A program made the translations under genes and the position numbers. The notes under the pieces are model-generated. The model saw nothing but the letters and a program-made list of their open reading frames with translations, did not search any database and was not told where the DNA came from. Source: Candidatus Zixiibacteriota bacterium (GTDB taxonomy: Bacteria > Zixibacteria > MSB-5A5 > GN15 > FEB-12). From it: a DNA stretch of 64,000 bases. Below are positions 8,590-19,290 of the stretch, in pieces. The stretch is taken from positions 18,868 through 82,867 of the forward strand of contig JAJRXM010000015.1 of assembly GCA_024276275.1 (NCBI GenBank), read 5' to 3'. Each line of letters opens with the position of its first letter. Within the stretch, counting starts at the first letter, position 1.

Positions 8590-9516
8590 TTATTTAAAAC
8601 GTTTTGGTGAACGGGATTCCCATTCGACCACAATTGGCGATGCGACAAAAATTGAACTATACGTTCCAACTACAACACCCAAAATAAGTGCCAATGAAAA
8701 GTTCCGTAATACATCACCACCGAACAAGAAAATTGAACCTACTACAAAAATAACAGTAATAGATGTATTAAATGTACGAGCTAAAACTTCATTGATAGAT
8801 GAGTTAACACAATTTGCAAATTCACCTCTGGTACGGAATTTTTTCAAATTTTCCCGAATACGGTCGAAAACAACCACCGTATCAGTCAATGAATATCCCG
8901 CAAGTGTCAGAAGTGCCGTAACAGTCAACATGTCAAATTCCAAACCTAAAAGCCAGAATATACCCATCACCGCAAGGACATCATGGAATGTCGCGATAGT
9001 CGCAGCAATCCCAGACCTGAAATCAAAACGAATCCAAATATAAACGATGATACCAAAAAGTGAGAGCAAAACAGCAAACTGTGCATCTTTGCGGAGAGTT
9101 TCTCCAACAGCAGGTCCGATTTGATGAGTTTCTACTTTTACAAAAGAATTAGTAGGAAATTTCTCGTCAATTATTTTTTCAAGTGTTGCAAGTTGCATTC
9201 GACTTTCTTCTTCAGTTCCGGGACTTTTAGTTTTGATAATAAAGGCATTATCCTTTTCAAAGCCTGTCAAAATCGTAATAGAAATATCTTCAAACTCTGT
9301 ACCAAGTACAGAACGAAGGTCCTCGATAGCAACCGGTTGTTCAAAGTACCCTTTGATCATCACTCCACCGGCAAAATCAATTCCTAAATTTGCTTTTCCT
9401 GTTGCAATCATAGTAAATCCGACAGCACCAAGGACTATTAAAGCCAATGAAACGATAAAGGCGATTTTGCGAACGCCGATAAAGTTTATATTGGTATCTG
9501 GTATTATTCTAAACAT
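8590..9516 (-). CDS. secF: Protein translocase subunit SecF
   Basis: 308 aa with the typical SecF layout: an N-terminal TM, a periplasmic loop, then five TM helices with LTLAGYSLTDTVVVFDRIREN. It is immediately downstream of secD. Confidence 0.9.
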   Translation of the reverse strand: MFRIIPDTNINFIGVRKIAFIVSLALIVLGAVGFTMIATGKANLGIDFAGGVMIKGYFEQPVAIEDLRSVLGTEFEDISITILTGFEKDNAFIIKTKSPGTEEESRMQLATLEKIIDEKFPTNSFVKVETHQIGPAVGETLRKDAQFAVLLSLFGIIVYIWIRFDFRSGIAATIATFHDVLAVMGIFWLLGLEFDMLTVTALLTLAGYSLTDTVVVFDRIRENLKKFRTRGEFANCVNSSINEVLARTFNTSITVIFVVGSIFLFGGDVLRNFSLALILGVVVGTYSSIFVASPIVVEWESRSPKRFK

Positions 9517-9534
9517 TATTATAAACCCTTTCCA

Positions 9535-11277
9535 TTATATGCTGAGTTTTTGATAGCCTTTGCGGATATCAAAAATCTGTTTGGTAATTACGTATGCGGT
9601 ATAGAGTGAGATTAACACACCCCAGAACAATGTAACCGCAAACCCTTTAATAGGTCCGGATCCTAACAAGAATAATGCTCCGGCAGTAATCAATGTTGTA
9701 ATATGAGAGTCTATAATTGCAACAAATGCCCGTTCATATCCGGCATCAATAGAAGCCCGTACTGTTTTTCCTGTACGTAATTCTTCTCGTATCCTTTCAA
9801 AAATAAGGATATTTGAGTCAATAGAAATACCTATCGTTAATATAATACCTGCAATACCCGGCATAGTCAAAGTAGCACCAAGGGCCGCTAAGACAGACAT
9901 AAGGAAAAAGATATTAAATATAAGACCAACATCAGCAATCACACCGGAAACACGATAGTAGATAGCAATATATAAAAGCACTATCAGTAAACCGACTACT
10001 GAAGCAAAGAAACCTTTTCTAATAGAGTCAGCCCCTAAAGAAGCACCGACAATATTTTTTTCTATGATTTCAACCGGTACAGGTAATGCACCTGCTTTTA
10101 AAACGATTTCCATGTTACGGGCATCTTCCATCGAAGCTGATGAGCCCATAGTAATCTGACCACTTCCTCTTATTTTAGAAGAAATCATCGGAGCAGACTC
10201 TACTCTGTCATCTAATACAATCGCAAGAGGTTTATTTATATTTACTCCGGTAAGTTGTGCAAATCGTGCCGACCCGTCACCGGATAATTTAAAGTTTACA
10301 ACAGATTTGCCATAAGAGTCACGGGATAGAGCTATATTTTCCAGAAGTTTTCCGATAAACTGTACTTTTCTTTTCATAAGATAGAGATAATATACTTCTC
10401 TATTATTGCGAAGTTCAAAACGAGTCGACCAGGCAAAAACAACATCAATCGGCATAAGTCTTTTTACTTCAGGAAGGTTCAGCCACTTATCAACAAGTTC
10501 TTTATCTTTTTTGTTTACCGCAAATCCCGGCCAACTGATACCTGTAGTAGAGTTATAGAGAGCAATTTCTAATCTTGATGATAACGGACGGTCATTTAGT
10601 GAAAGGTCTGTTGATTCATCAAAAGCAAATTCATCGGCTACTCCAGAATCTCCCATTAAATCAGCAAGGATATCATCATCAGATATTTCTTCAGTTGCAT
10701 TATTAGTTTCAGCAACTTCGTCAGTTTCTACTATATCTGCATTATTTTCTGCTTCTTTTTCTTTATTAGCATTTTCTTTTTCAAACACAATCGAATCAAT
10801 TTTTGAAATCAAAAGATTAGCATTTTCAGCAGATTCAAGAAGTTTAAAAGTAAGTTGAGCAGTCTGACCGATAAGCTCTTCAGCACGTTCGGCATCGGTA
10901 TAGCCCGGTAAATCAACCAATATACGGTCTTCACCCTGCTTAACAATTACCGGTTCAGCGACACCAAGACCATCAATACGAGTTCTGATAACTTGAATTG
11001 CTTGTTCGACATCATCTGCTTTAGCGGCAGCATCTTTACCTTCGTTATGTACTTTCAAGACGACATGAATTCCGCCCTGTAAATCTAATCCAAGACGGAT
11101 AGCTTTCTGTTGCATCTGAAGCAAAGCACCCGGATCTTTTTCCTGAAGAGCAGCTTTATCGGCATCGCTCATCGTCCACAGTGAGAACGTTCCCCAAAAT
11201 GCGTAACAGGCTGCCAAAAATAAAACCGCAGTCACAATGACACGCCAATTGTTTTTGGACATATTATTTCCTTTCAA
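9535..11277 (-). CDS. secD: Protein translocase subunit SecD (with an acidic low-complexity insertion)
   Basis: 580 aa with conserved LGLDLQGGIHVVL, a RIDGLGVAEPVI-like region and a C-terminal SecD TM bundle (GIAGIILTIGISIDSNILIFERIREE). There is a D/E-rich insertion at about aa 165-235. Confidence 0.9.
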   Translation of the reverse strand: MKGNNMSKNNWRVIVTAVLFLAACYAFWGTFSLWTMSDADKAALQEKDPGALLQMQQKAIRLGLDLQGGIHVVLKVHNEGKDAAAKADDVEQAIQVIRTRIDGLGVAEPVIVKQGEDRILVDLPGYTDAERAEELIGQTAQLTFKLLESAENANLLISKIDSIVFEKENANKEKEAENNADIVETDEVAETNNATEEISDDDILADLMGDSGVADEFAFDESTDLSLNDRPLSSRLEIALYNSTTGISWPGFAVNKKDKELVDKWLNLPEVKRLMPIDVVFAWSTRFELRNNREVYYLYLMKRKVQFIGKLLENIALSRDSYGKSVVNFKLSGDGSARFAQLTGVNINKPLAIVLDDRVESAPMISSKIRGSGQITMGSSASMEDARNMEIVLKAGALPVPVEIIEKNIVGASLGADSIRKGFFASVVGLLIVLLYIAIYYRVSGVIADVGLIFNIFFLMSVLAALGATLTMPGIAGIILTIGISIDSNILIFERIREELRTGKTVRASIDAGYERAFVAIIDSHITTLITAGALFLLGSGPIKGFAVTLFWGVLISLYTAYVITKQIFDIRKGYQKLSI

Positions 11278-11336
11278 ATAAAATTATAAATTAACTATTA
11301 AATTGTTCTGTAAATTAAAAAAGAGGCTTAAAGTAG

Positions 11337-11807
11337 TTAGCCGGTACCGGAAGGTTTGGCACCTACTAAAGTAAAAAGTCGACCCAAGTTCGATTGCACT
11401 TGAGATGTTGTCGAAACAAGAGTTCTGTGTTTATCTGAGTTCAGAAACTCTTTTAAGATTATTTTTGATTGTTCTTTATTGAGTTTAAAACGGGATTGGT
11501 TATTTTCGGTTTTCAAAATTTGTGGAGCTTTTAAATATGCCTGTTGTTCTGTGTCCGGTTTTCCAGAGTTTTCCATATTCTGAGGTAGTTCGTCAGGAGA
11601 AGGCGGTCCTTGAATCAGTTTTGCTCCTTCAAAAGAAATTACATCATCATGTACTGATTTTTCAACTATTTGTCCTGCAAAAGCACCGTTTGCAATTATT
11701 GAAAAAAGAATTGTAAGAACAACAAAATATCTTACAGATTTTGAAATATGGTGGATTATTTTTTTCATATCAATCCTCGAATATAGCATATTGCTTTTAA
11801 TAGTCAA
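11337..11807 (-). CDS. Hypothetical secreted protein
   Basis: 156-aa ORF. The likely start is MKKIIHH, followed by a signal peptide (VVLTILFSIIANGAFA). I recognise no family. Confidence 0.4.
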   Translation of the reverse strand: MTIKSNMLYSRIDMKKIIHHISKSVRYFVVLTILFSIIANGAFAGQIVEKSVHDDVISFEGAKLIQGPPSPDELPQNMENSGKPDTEQQAYLKAPQILKTENNQSRFKLNKEQSKIILKEFLNSDKHRTLVSTTSQVQSNLGRLFTLVGAKPSGTG

Positions 11808-11913
11808 ATCATTTATTAGACCGTTGACATCTGACTTGCCGTATAATAACTTATCTCAGTATTAGAAAAATCATCTTATTTATAGAAACCGTCTTAAAAT
11901 CGGGAGTTGCCTC

Positions 11914-14672
11914 ATGATTCAAAAATTTCTTTCAAGATTGAAAATATCTGCATTTGTTTTCACAGTATGTACCTCTCTTTTGTCTATTTCAGCTACCGCT
12001 CAGGAGTCAATTTTTCAACTTGAGAACGGTATGAATGTTATTCTAAAAGAAAGCCACTCATCAGCAATGATAACTTCTATGGTCTTTGTAAGATCAGGGA
12101 GCAAATATGAGTCCGAGTATGAAAATGGAATCACCCATTTTTTAGAGCATCTTCTATTTGATGGTACAGCGAATAAAAGCCGTGAGGAAATTGACGGATC
12201 AATTCGGGATTTAGGCGGTTATATCAACGCTTTTACCAGAAAAGATATAACGGCATATTTGGTACTGCTTCCGAAACAATATATTGACTTTGGAATGACA
12301 ACCCAGATTGATATGCTTTTTAATTCTACTATCCCTTTAGAAGAACTCCCTAAAGAGAGAAAAGTAGTAATAGAGGAAATCAACCGGGATAAAGACTCTC
12401 CGGGTTATGCTGCTGAGAATTTCTTTATTAAAAATGCTTTTGCGGGCACCGATTATAACCGACCTGTTTTAGGCTATAAAGCATTTATAGAAAATATTTC
12501 CCGCGATGCTATTGTGAATTATTATAAAAAGTATTACCGACCTGAAAATATGACTTTATTCGTTATCGGTGATTTTGATTCAGAACAAATGAAAGAAAAA
12601 ATTAAACAAACTTTCGGCTCTGTTATTCTACCAAAACCTAAAGTCATCAATACACCTGATACATCAGCAGTTATTCAAACTGAAAAACCGGAATACCAAC
12701 CTATTTCCGGACAAGTGATGTACGACACAGTTGCTAATGTTCAATCAACATATATTGATTTTTCAATTGAAGCTCCAATTTATTCTGATTCCGACTATAT
12801 TCCTTTGGATCTGCTCTGTATGTACTACAGTATGGATGATATTTCTCCTTTAATGAATGCTCTCAAAGGCGGAGCCGAACCTCTTGCAACTGAAGCATCT
12901 ATCGGTCTCAGTATGTATGCAGATTTTTCCCGTATCAGTCTTTCTGTAGTTACCGATAAAGCAGAAAACAAAGATGCTATTATTGATGTAGTAAAAAACT
13001 TTTTTAAAACCGTCGGGACACATCAGGCTGATATCGAAGCACTAAACGGGATTAAAATTTCTGAAAAAACAAGTAATATATACCTTGCAGAAAAACTACA
13101 TTATTTAGGATTTATGACCGGACCGACTGTTATGACAGCCGGATATGAATTTGTTGAAACTTACTCTGAAAAACTATCTAATACAACTTGGGATAGAGCT
13201 GTCGAAGCAGCCACAAGATATCTATCCAATCCAAACTATATCGCTACCTCTGTTAGGCCTGCCTCAGAAAATGAAAAGAAATTTATTCCGTATGAAATGA
13301 CAGAAGAAACAATAAAATCTTTTTTTGATACTGCGGTTTTTGCATATTACAATCTTGATTCGGGGTTAGTGCTTACCTATCCGACTACCGAAGCGGTTTC
13401 ATTTCAACTGACAGACAATTCGATTTATCATCATGAAAAATTTGATAATGGTATGACTCTCATAATAAAATCAAACCCGAGCAGTCGGGTATTTGCTATG
13501 AATGTTATAGGTAAAAACCGTTCTACCAATGAACCTAGCGACAAAGCCGGAATTACTGATTTTATCAATAGATTACTTGAGAAAGGTACCGCTACTCGTA
13601 ACGCATCGGAACTCTCTCGCGATCTATCTAAGATAGGTGCTAATGTTACGCTGTATGACAACCCGTGGATTCCGTATGATGACCGTTATACATCACGTTC
13701 ATTTTCATTTATGAAATTGGAGACAATAGATGATTTTGCCGAAAAAGGGTTTCATCTTTTTTCCGATATGGTTTTGCTTCCTTCATTTGAAAGCTCAGAG
13801 GTTGAAAATGTACGACGCTCTATGCTTGGTGTCATAGGTCGCAATGCGGTTTCACCAAAAAAACTGGCAAACAAACTTTTTTATGAAACCCTTTGTTCTA
13901 AAGAATATGCTAAACCTATAATGGGAACATCTGAGACTATTTCATCAATTACTGTTGATGATTTAAAAAAACAGCATGACCGTTACTATGCTCCCGATAA
14001 CATGATTATTTCTATTGTTACCAATAAACCGATTGATGAAGTGCGTTCGTGGGTATATCAAAGGTTTGGTCGGCTTGCACCTACTAATGCCGAGTATTTC
14101 ACTCCGAAACGAGCTGAGCCGATTTTTGAGACAAAAGCAGTACACAAAGAACTTGATAAAGAACAGATACAAATTTATATAGGCTCTACTCTACCGGGAG
14201 CAAACCACAAAGATGCTGCTGCAATTAAGATAGCAACATCTATTCTTTCAACACGTCTCTATCTCAATCTTCGAGAAAAACAAGGATTGGCATACTCAGT
14301 CGGAGCCGGTACACAATTTGAAAATAACTTCGGTATCGCTTATTCTGTCATAGGCACACAGGCAGAAAACTATCAAAAAGCAGTTGACGGTATATTATTG
14401 GAAATTGACAAACTCAAACTCGACGGTCCGACAGCGGCTGAACTCAATAAAGCCAAGAATCAAACATGGGGTCGATTAATGTCGGTAAAGTTATCATCTA
14501 TCAATCAGGCGTACTATCTTGCCTGGATGACTTTTTTGGTCGTGAGATAGGAAGTGACCAAAAGTATTTAGATAAATTGGCTAAAATTACAATTGATAAC
14601 ATAAGACGGGTTGCGGCAACATATTTTAAAACTGACGGATATGTTATAGCAACAGCAGGAAAAAAGCTGTAA
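11914..14672 (+). pseudogene. Tandem M16-family zinc peptidase (pitrilysin-like), frameshifted near the 3' end
   Basis: 878-aa ORF with the HFLEHLLFDG (HxxEH) zinc motif and a second M16-like half. At about 14525 the conserved C-terminus (..DDFFGREIGSDQKYLDKLAKITIDNIRRVAATYFKTDGYVIATAGKKL) moves to the frame of ORF 14466..14672. Total length is 3n+2, consistent with a 1-nt deletion in tgg(g)atgac. Confidence 0.85.
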
Positions 14673-14687
14673 GAAATGTTTAAAAAA

Positions 14688-14716
14688 AACAGTCTGTCAC
14701 TTGACAGACTGTTTTC
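14688..14716 (+). terminator. Rho-independent terminator after the M16 peptidase gene
   Basis: 10-bp stem cagtctgtca/tgacagactg (14690-14699 / 14702-14711) followed by tttt. An A-run precedes it. Confidence 0.6.
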
Positions 14717-14729
14717 CCTAAGGTATAAT
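14701..14729 (+). promoter_or_regulatory. Sigma70-type promoter for the Na/Pi-phoU pair (TTGACA-17-TATAAT)
   Basis: TTGACA at 14701-14706, a 17-nt spacer, and TATAAT at 14724-14729, 42 nt upstream of the ATG at 14771. The -35 box is embedded in the 3' arm of the preceding terminator. Confidence 0.5.
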
Positions 14730-14770
14730 CTGCGCAAGAAATGGGAACAATTAAAAGTAAAATTGACTAA

Positions 14771-15913
14771 ATGACCGATAAACCAAGTTTACAGTCAGAT
14801 TATGCTACTGCCCAACATAGTTGGACAGTAGTAATTTCAAAAATTTTATTAATTTTCGGACTTCTTTATTTATTCATTTTATCTATTACACTTTTAGGCG
14901 GCTCATTTAAACATATGGGCAAAGAATTCGCCGAAGCTATTTTTCATTCGACATCAAACCCACTTGTAGCTTTAATGATAGGTATACTCTCGACAGCTAT
15001 CGTTCAGTCATCCTCTACAACGACATCTATTATTATTGGACTTGTAGCAATAGGTTCCGGACCTGATGGATTAGGTCTCACATTTGAGGCTGCTATCCCG
15101 ATGATTATGGGAGCAAATATCGGTACTTCTGTAACTAATACTTTAGTCTCATTAGGTCATATTACCAGAGGTGAAGAATTCAGACGGGCCTTTACCGGTT
15201 CGATGCTTCATGATTTTTTCAATGTCTGTGCTGTATCTGTTTTATTACCTATTGAAATTTATTTCGGTTTGATAAGAAAGTCAGCTTTAGTAATGGAGTC
15301 GATGTTCTCAGGTTTTGGAGGGATGAAATTTATGTCGCCTTTAAAGGCGATTACCAAGCCTGTATCAAAATGGATTATTAGTGCTACAGGAGATTCGGGT
15401 CTGATTTCGGCATTATTGGCAATGATCTTTTTATTTATCGCCCTTTATTTTATTGTAAAAGTTCTGAAATCGTTAGTGCTATCAAAGGTTGAAAAATTCT
15501 TCCAAAGATATATTTTCCGAACCCCTGCTCTATCGTTTGTGCTTGGTATAATATTGACAACATTTGTACAATCATCTTCAATAACAACATCATTGGTTGT
15601 ACCTCTTATAGGTGCGGGAGTCATTTCTATAGTACAGGTATACCCGTATCTACTCGGTGCTAATGTCGGTACAACAATAACTGCCTTTTTAGCATCATTT
15701 GTTACCGGTTCGCATGCTGCAGTTGCACTTGCGTTTTCACATTTAATGTTTAATGTATTCGGTATAGCTATTTTCTGGCCATTAAAAGCTATTCCAATTT
15801 GGATGGCAGAAAAATTAAGTTATTTGACACAAAAATCAAAATTAGTGCCGATATTCTATATAATTACAGTATTTTTTATTGTGCCGAGTCTAATTATTTA
15901 TTTCTATAGATAA
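14771..15913 (+). CDS. Na+/phosphate cotransporter family protein (NptA-like)
   Basis: 380-aa polytopic protein with the duplicated Na_Pi_cotrans signature (VQSSSTTTSIIIGLV and VQSSSITTSLVVPLIGAG). Confidence 0.85.
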   Translation: MTDKPSLQSDYATAQHSWTVVISKILLIFGLLYLFILSITLLGGSFKHMGKEFAEAIFHSTSNPLVALMIGILSTAIVQSSSTTTSIIIGLVAIGSGPDGLGLTFEAAIPMIMGANIGTSVTNTLVSLGHITRGEEFRRAFTGSMLHDFFNVCAVSVLLPIEIYFGLIRKSALVMESMFSGFGGMKFMSPLKAITKPVSKWIISATGDSGLISALLAMIFLFIALYFIVKVLKSLVLSKVEKFFQRYIFRTPALSFVLGIILTTFVQSSSITTSLVVPLIGAGVISIVQVYPYLLGANVGTTITAFLASFVTGSHAAVALAFSHLMFNVFGIAIFWPLKAIPIWMAEKLSYLTQKSKLVPIFYIITVFFIVPSLIIYFYR

Positions 15914-15928
15914 GAACGGAGAAATATT

Positions 15929-16603
15929 ATGTTTAATAAATTTAAAGAGTTGTTCGGGTCTGAAAATTTACTCGATATCGCTTTTGATACTACTTTGAAA
16001 ATGTTGGAATTTGACCACCAGATGTATACCGCATCAAGACAAACACTCAGAGAATCAGATACCGATGAGTTACCATTTGATATTAAAAAGATGGATCGTA
16101 AAATCAACAAGTACGAACGAGAAGTACGCCGTAATGTGCTGACCCATCTATCTGTTGCCGGTACCCAAAATTTGGTTCCGGGATTAGCACTTGTTTCTAT
16201 TGTTATCGATGTTGAACGTATTGGAGATTATACTAAAAACATTGCCGGTCTGGCATCCATGCATAAGAAAAAGCTAAAAGGTGGAAACGCCGAAGTTGAA
16301 CTGGTAAAAATTGAAGATAGAATTGAAGAAGAGTTTCCACAAATTCTTGCTGTTCTTAAAAATCAGGACAAACAACTCGGTCGTCAGATTTTAAATTCTG
16401 AAAAAGAAATAGCAAAACTTTCTGATAAAATTGTAAATGATATGATTTTAGAAAGTGATAAGTCTTTAAATAAATCAGATGCTGTTTCTCTTGCGATGTA
16501 TGCCCGTTATCTCAAACGTATTAATGCCCATCTTTCAAATATCGCCAGTTCAATGGTCAATCCATTTCCGAGAATCGGTTTCAGAGAGAAAAAGAAAAAG
16601 TGA
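15929..16603 (+). CDS. PhoU-like phosphate-uptake regulator
   Basis: 224-aa helical protein with a PhoU-type motif (DVERIGDYTKNIA) and a second degenerate repeat (ARYLKRINAHLSNIA). It is adjacent to the Na/Pi cotransporter. Confidence 0.7.
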   Translation: MFNKFKELFGSENLLDIAFDTTLKMLEFDHQMYTASRQTLRESDTDELPFDIKKMDRKINKYEREVRRNVLTHLSVAGTQNLVPGLALVSIVIDVERIGDYTKNIAGLASMHKKKLKGGNAEVELVKIEDRIEEEFPQILAVLKNQDKQLGRQILNSEKEIAKLSDKIVNDMILESDKSLNKSDAVSLAMYARYLKRINAHLSNIASSMVNPFPRIGFREKKKK

Positions 16604-16662
16604 CAAGTCACTTTTATTTAATGAATTCAAAGCATCTGCTAAACAAATAGTGGATGTTTTTT

Positions 16663-17880
16663 TTATGATTTTTTCTTGATATTTAAAGCAAATTTTGCCG
16701 CAGGTAATAAGTTTTTACGATTTAAAACTGCCATAACAACCGCTAAAACAAGATAAACTATCATCATTTCATATCGAATAGTATCTACAATCATCTGTGC
16801 CATAAACAAAGCAAGTAAAACATATCCTTCGGTTTTAGAAAACTTAAGATTCATAATAATCAATACAGCAAATAGCGACTGAGCAGCAGTTAGCATAATT
16901 TCACTATGTTGCAAGTCATCAAGTACAAACGGTTCTATGACTCCGCCTGAGATTGCATAGACAAGCGGAATTGTACCGATTAACAATGTCCATTGATTTA
17001 CTTTAGAAGATATTAATGCTTTAATAGCGGAATTAGCAGCACCCCGAAGCGTCCAGGTAGCTGCGATGATAAATTCGGGTGATTCCGAGGCTATCGGTGC
17101 CAACCATTGGACAAGTAAAAACTTGTCTATATTATATGCCTCGCCGAGATGAATTAACGATTCGGTAAACGGTTCGGCGACAAAGAATATAACTCCACCT
17201 GAAAATAAAAACATAACAGCTGTTACAATACGCCGTGGCAAATTTTTCATGTTAGCTACTATTTTCGGAGGACCGACTATTTCAGGCTCTTCGGTTTCCA
17301 TCTGTGCCGCACGACGAGTATATAATCCGAATAGGGTTACTAAAATAACAGTATCAATAAGATTGAGTTCGCCCTTTAGCGGGATTGTAATCGAATATAG
17401 TGATGCCAACAGTAAATAGAAAATTTCAACACGCTGGATTTGATCTAAGACAATCTCTTTTTTCCGTTTGACATAGACATATAAGAAAAGAATAAAGGGC
17501 CATCCCAAACCAACCAATAACCTATTTGCACCTGTCATGTTAGCAATGGCGTAATGATGTGATGCTATTGCTTCCGGTGTAGTTCCATAGGAATTCCAGG
17601 TAAAAACAAAATCGACAGCATATTCAGGAAGAACTGCCAAAAGAGCTAAAATAGCAACTGCGAGAGATTCTGAAATATCTATTTGGACAACCTCGGCAGC
17701 CCATGAGAGCATAAAAGCAGCAGCAAATATGGCAATACCATAAAAGAGTACGCCGATAATAGGTGTCAAATTTCCATGAGTGAGACCGTTATATAACCCC
17801 GGCAGAGAACAACCAATTGCGATAATAAGGGTAATATAAATACCCGGAGTTATTTTATATTTTTCTCGTTGATGTGACAT
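16663..17880 (-). CDS. CaCA-superfamily-like cation antiporter membrane protein
   Basis: 405-aa polytopic protein with two alpha-repeat-like segments (LLAVLPEYAVDFVF and IASESPEFIIAATW) resembling Na+/Ca2+-exchanger family repeats. Confidence 0.5.
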   Translation of the reverse strand: MSHQREKYKITPGIYITLIIAIGCSLPGLYNGLTHGNLTPIIGVLFYGIAIFAAAFMLSWAAEVVQIDISESLAVAILALLAVLPEYAVDFVFTWNSYGTTPEAIASHHYAIANMTGANRLLVGLGWPFILFLYVYVKRKKEIVLDQIQRVEIFYLLLASLYSITIPLKGELNLIDTVILVTLFGLYTRRAAQMETEEPEIVGPPKIVANMKNLPRRIVTAVMFLFSGGVIFFVAEPFTESLIHLGEAYNIDKFLLVQWLAPIASESPEFIIAATWTLRGAANSAIKALISSKVNQWTLLIGTIPLVYAISGGVIEPFVLDDLQHSEIMLTAAQSLFAVLIIMNLKFSKTEGYVLLALFMAQMIVDTIRYEMMIVYLVLAVVMAVLNRKNLLPAAKFALNIKKKS

Positions 17881-17951
17881 TATGACTTTTAGAGTACGGA
17901 TTTTCGTCTAGAATGTCAAAAAAAAAATGGGTGATTTTGTATTAACGAGAA

Positions 17952-18257
17952 CTATAAATCTCTTACATATTCAGAAATGATAGTGACCGCATCAACAGAA
18001 TTTACAAAATATTTTTGTTTAACTTTTTGATATTCTTCATTAGAAAAGAAAGAATCTTTGTTTTGTTTATTTTCAAAATAAATGATAAAGACTCTGTTTA
18101 TCGGTTGACCTTTATCATTTTGTAATACATTAGAAACAACAAAATCGTATTTGAAACCTCCACCGTACTCTAATAGGATTGGAGTCATCTCTTCTCGATA
18201 CTTTGCATACATCTTATTATCAGTTACTTGAATTCCAACTATTGTTTCATATGCCAT
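17952..18257 (-). CDS. DUF1330-like small protein
   Basis: 101 aa. The N-terminus AYETIVGIQVTDNKMYAKYREEMTPILLEYGGGF resembles the DUF1330 pattern. Confidence 0.5.
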   Translation of the reverse strand: MAYETIVGIQVTDNKMYAKYREEMTPILLEYGGGFKYDFVVSNVLQNDKGQPINRVFIIYFENKQNKDSFFSNEEYQKVKQKYFVNSVDAVTIISEYVRDL

Positions 18258-18258
18258 A

Positions 18259-18786
18259 CTATTGTCCTTGTCGATTTTCTACATAATTAAGAATTTTATT
18301 TATAAAATCAGCTTTGCCGTTTGTGTATTCTTCACGGTTAGTTGGGTATTTTTTTGCTAATTTCTGTTTGAGTAAATTATATTCTTTACAAGCTGATTTA
18401 TGTTGTCTAAGATAATCCCGAAATAAAAGATAGTTATGCCAGCGGTCAGAATCTTTGTCAATAATATGCAGATGATGAGTTCGTTCATGCTCTGAGCCTT
18501 TTACAAAAAGTCGTCTTTCTGAAATTCCTTCCTCTCCTCTATCTTCATACCTGTTTTCTGATAAAATTTTATATATTTGTTCGGTTTGGATATTAGGTGT
18601 TAGACCTATTATAATATCGATAATCGGCTTGGCAAGTAATTCAGGTACAGCAGTACTGCCGATATGCACTATATCAATTTTAATTTTGAGTAATTTAAGA
18701 AGAAATGTTTTTTCTTTGATAAACTCATTATGCCATTGTTTTTGATATGGTATAAGTTTGACAATTCCGCGTTTTAATCCGAGCAT
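18259..18786 (-). CDS. GrpB family protein
   Basis: 175 aa. The motif IVHIGSTAVPELLAKPIIDIIIG and the later HHLHI and RDYLR segments are typical of GrpB/UPF0157. Confidence 0.8.
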   Translation of the reverse strand: MLGLKRGIVKLIPYQKQWHNEFIKEKTFLLKLLKIKIDIVHIGSTAVPELLAKPIIDIIIGLTPNIQTEQIYKILSENRYEDRGEEGISERRLFVKGSEHERTHHLHIIDKDSDRWHNYLLFRDYLRQHKSACKEYNLLKQKLAKKYPTNREEYTNGKADFINKILNYVENRQGQ

Positions 18787-18849
18787 AAAGTGGTCTCGTT
18801 GTTCCGTATGAAATTTTATAAAAATATAAAAGCAGAAAGAATTTTATAC

Positions 18850-19287
18850 CTACCCACGTATTACCATGTTTACTATATCTTTTCGCAAGAGAACACCACA
18901 TAGTTTATTATCCGCAGTAGTAACGAATACTCTTCTAATGTCCTTAAAAATCATCATCGCGGCTACTTCGACAATACGGGTTTCCGGCCGAGCAACTTCA
19001 AATTCATCTCGGTACAACTGGGAAACTTTGATTTTATCTTCCTGTTTGAGAAGTTCCTCAAACGGTTCAACATCCATTGAGTAATTCAAATTAGAAATCA
19101 AAGATTTATAATCAGGCAAAGCTGCTTTAATCAAATCCCGGTCGTTGATTACACCTAAAAGATTATTTTGTTCATCAACAACCGCCAACGCCGACAGACG
19201 GTCGTGGAACATTCGGTTGGCAACCTCTTTAAGGGTGTCATCAGGGGTTACAGTAGCCACCGAGTGACGCATTATATCTTTTACCAT
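18850..19287 (-). CDS. CBS-domain pair protein
   Basis: 145 aa with two CBS repeats (LSALAVVDEQNNLLGVINDRDLIKA; RRVFVTTADNKLCGVLLRKDIV). Confidence 0.8.
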   Translation of the reverse strand: MVKDIMRHSVATVTPDDTLKEVANRMFHDRLSALAVVDEQNNLLGVINDRDLIKAALPDYKSLISNLNYSMDVEPFEELLKQEDKIKVSQLYRDEFEVARPETRIVEVAAMMIFKDIRRVFVTTADNKLCGVLLRKDIVNMVIRG

Positions 19288-19290
19288 CAG

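Noticed and set aside
11820-11913. TTGACA...TATAAT upstream of the M16 peptidase gene as a promoter
   Set aside because: The two hexamers are only 12 nt apart, which is too short for a sigma70 spacer. No better -35 box lies at 16-18 nt.
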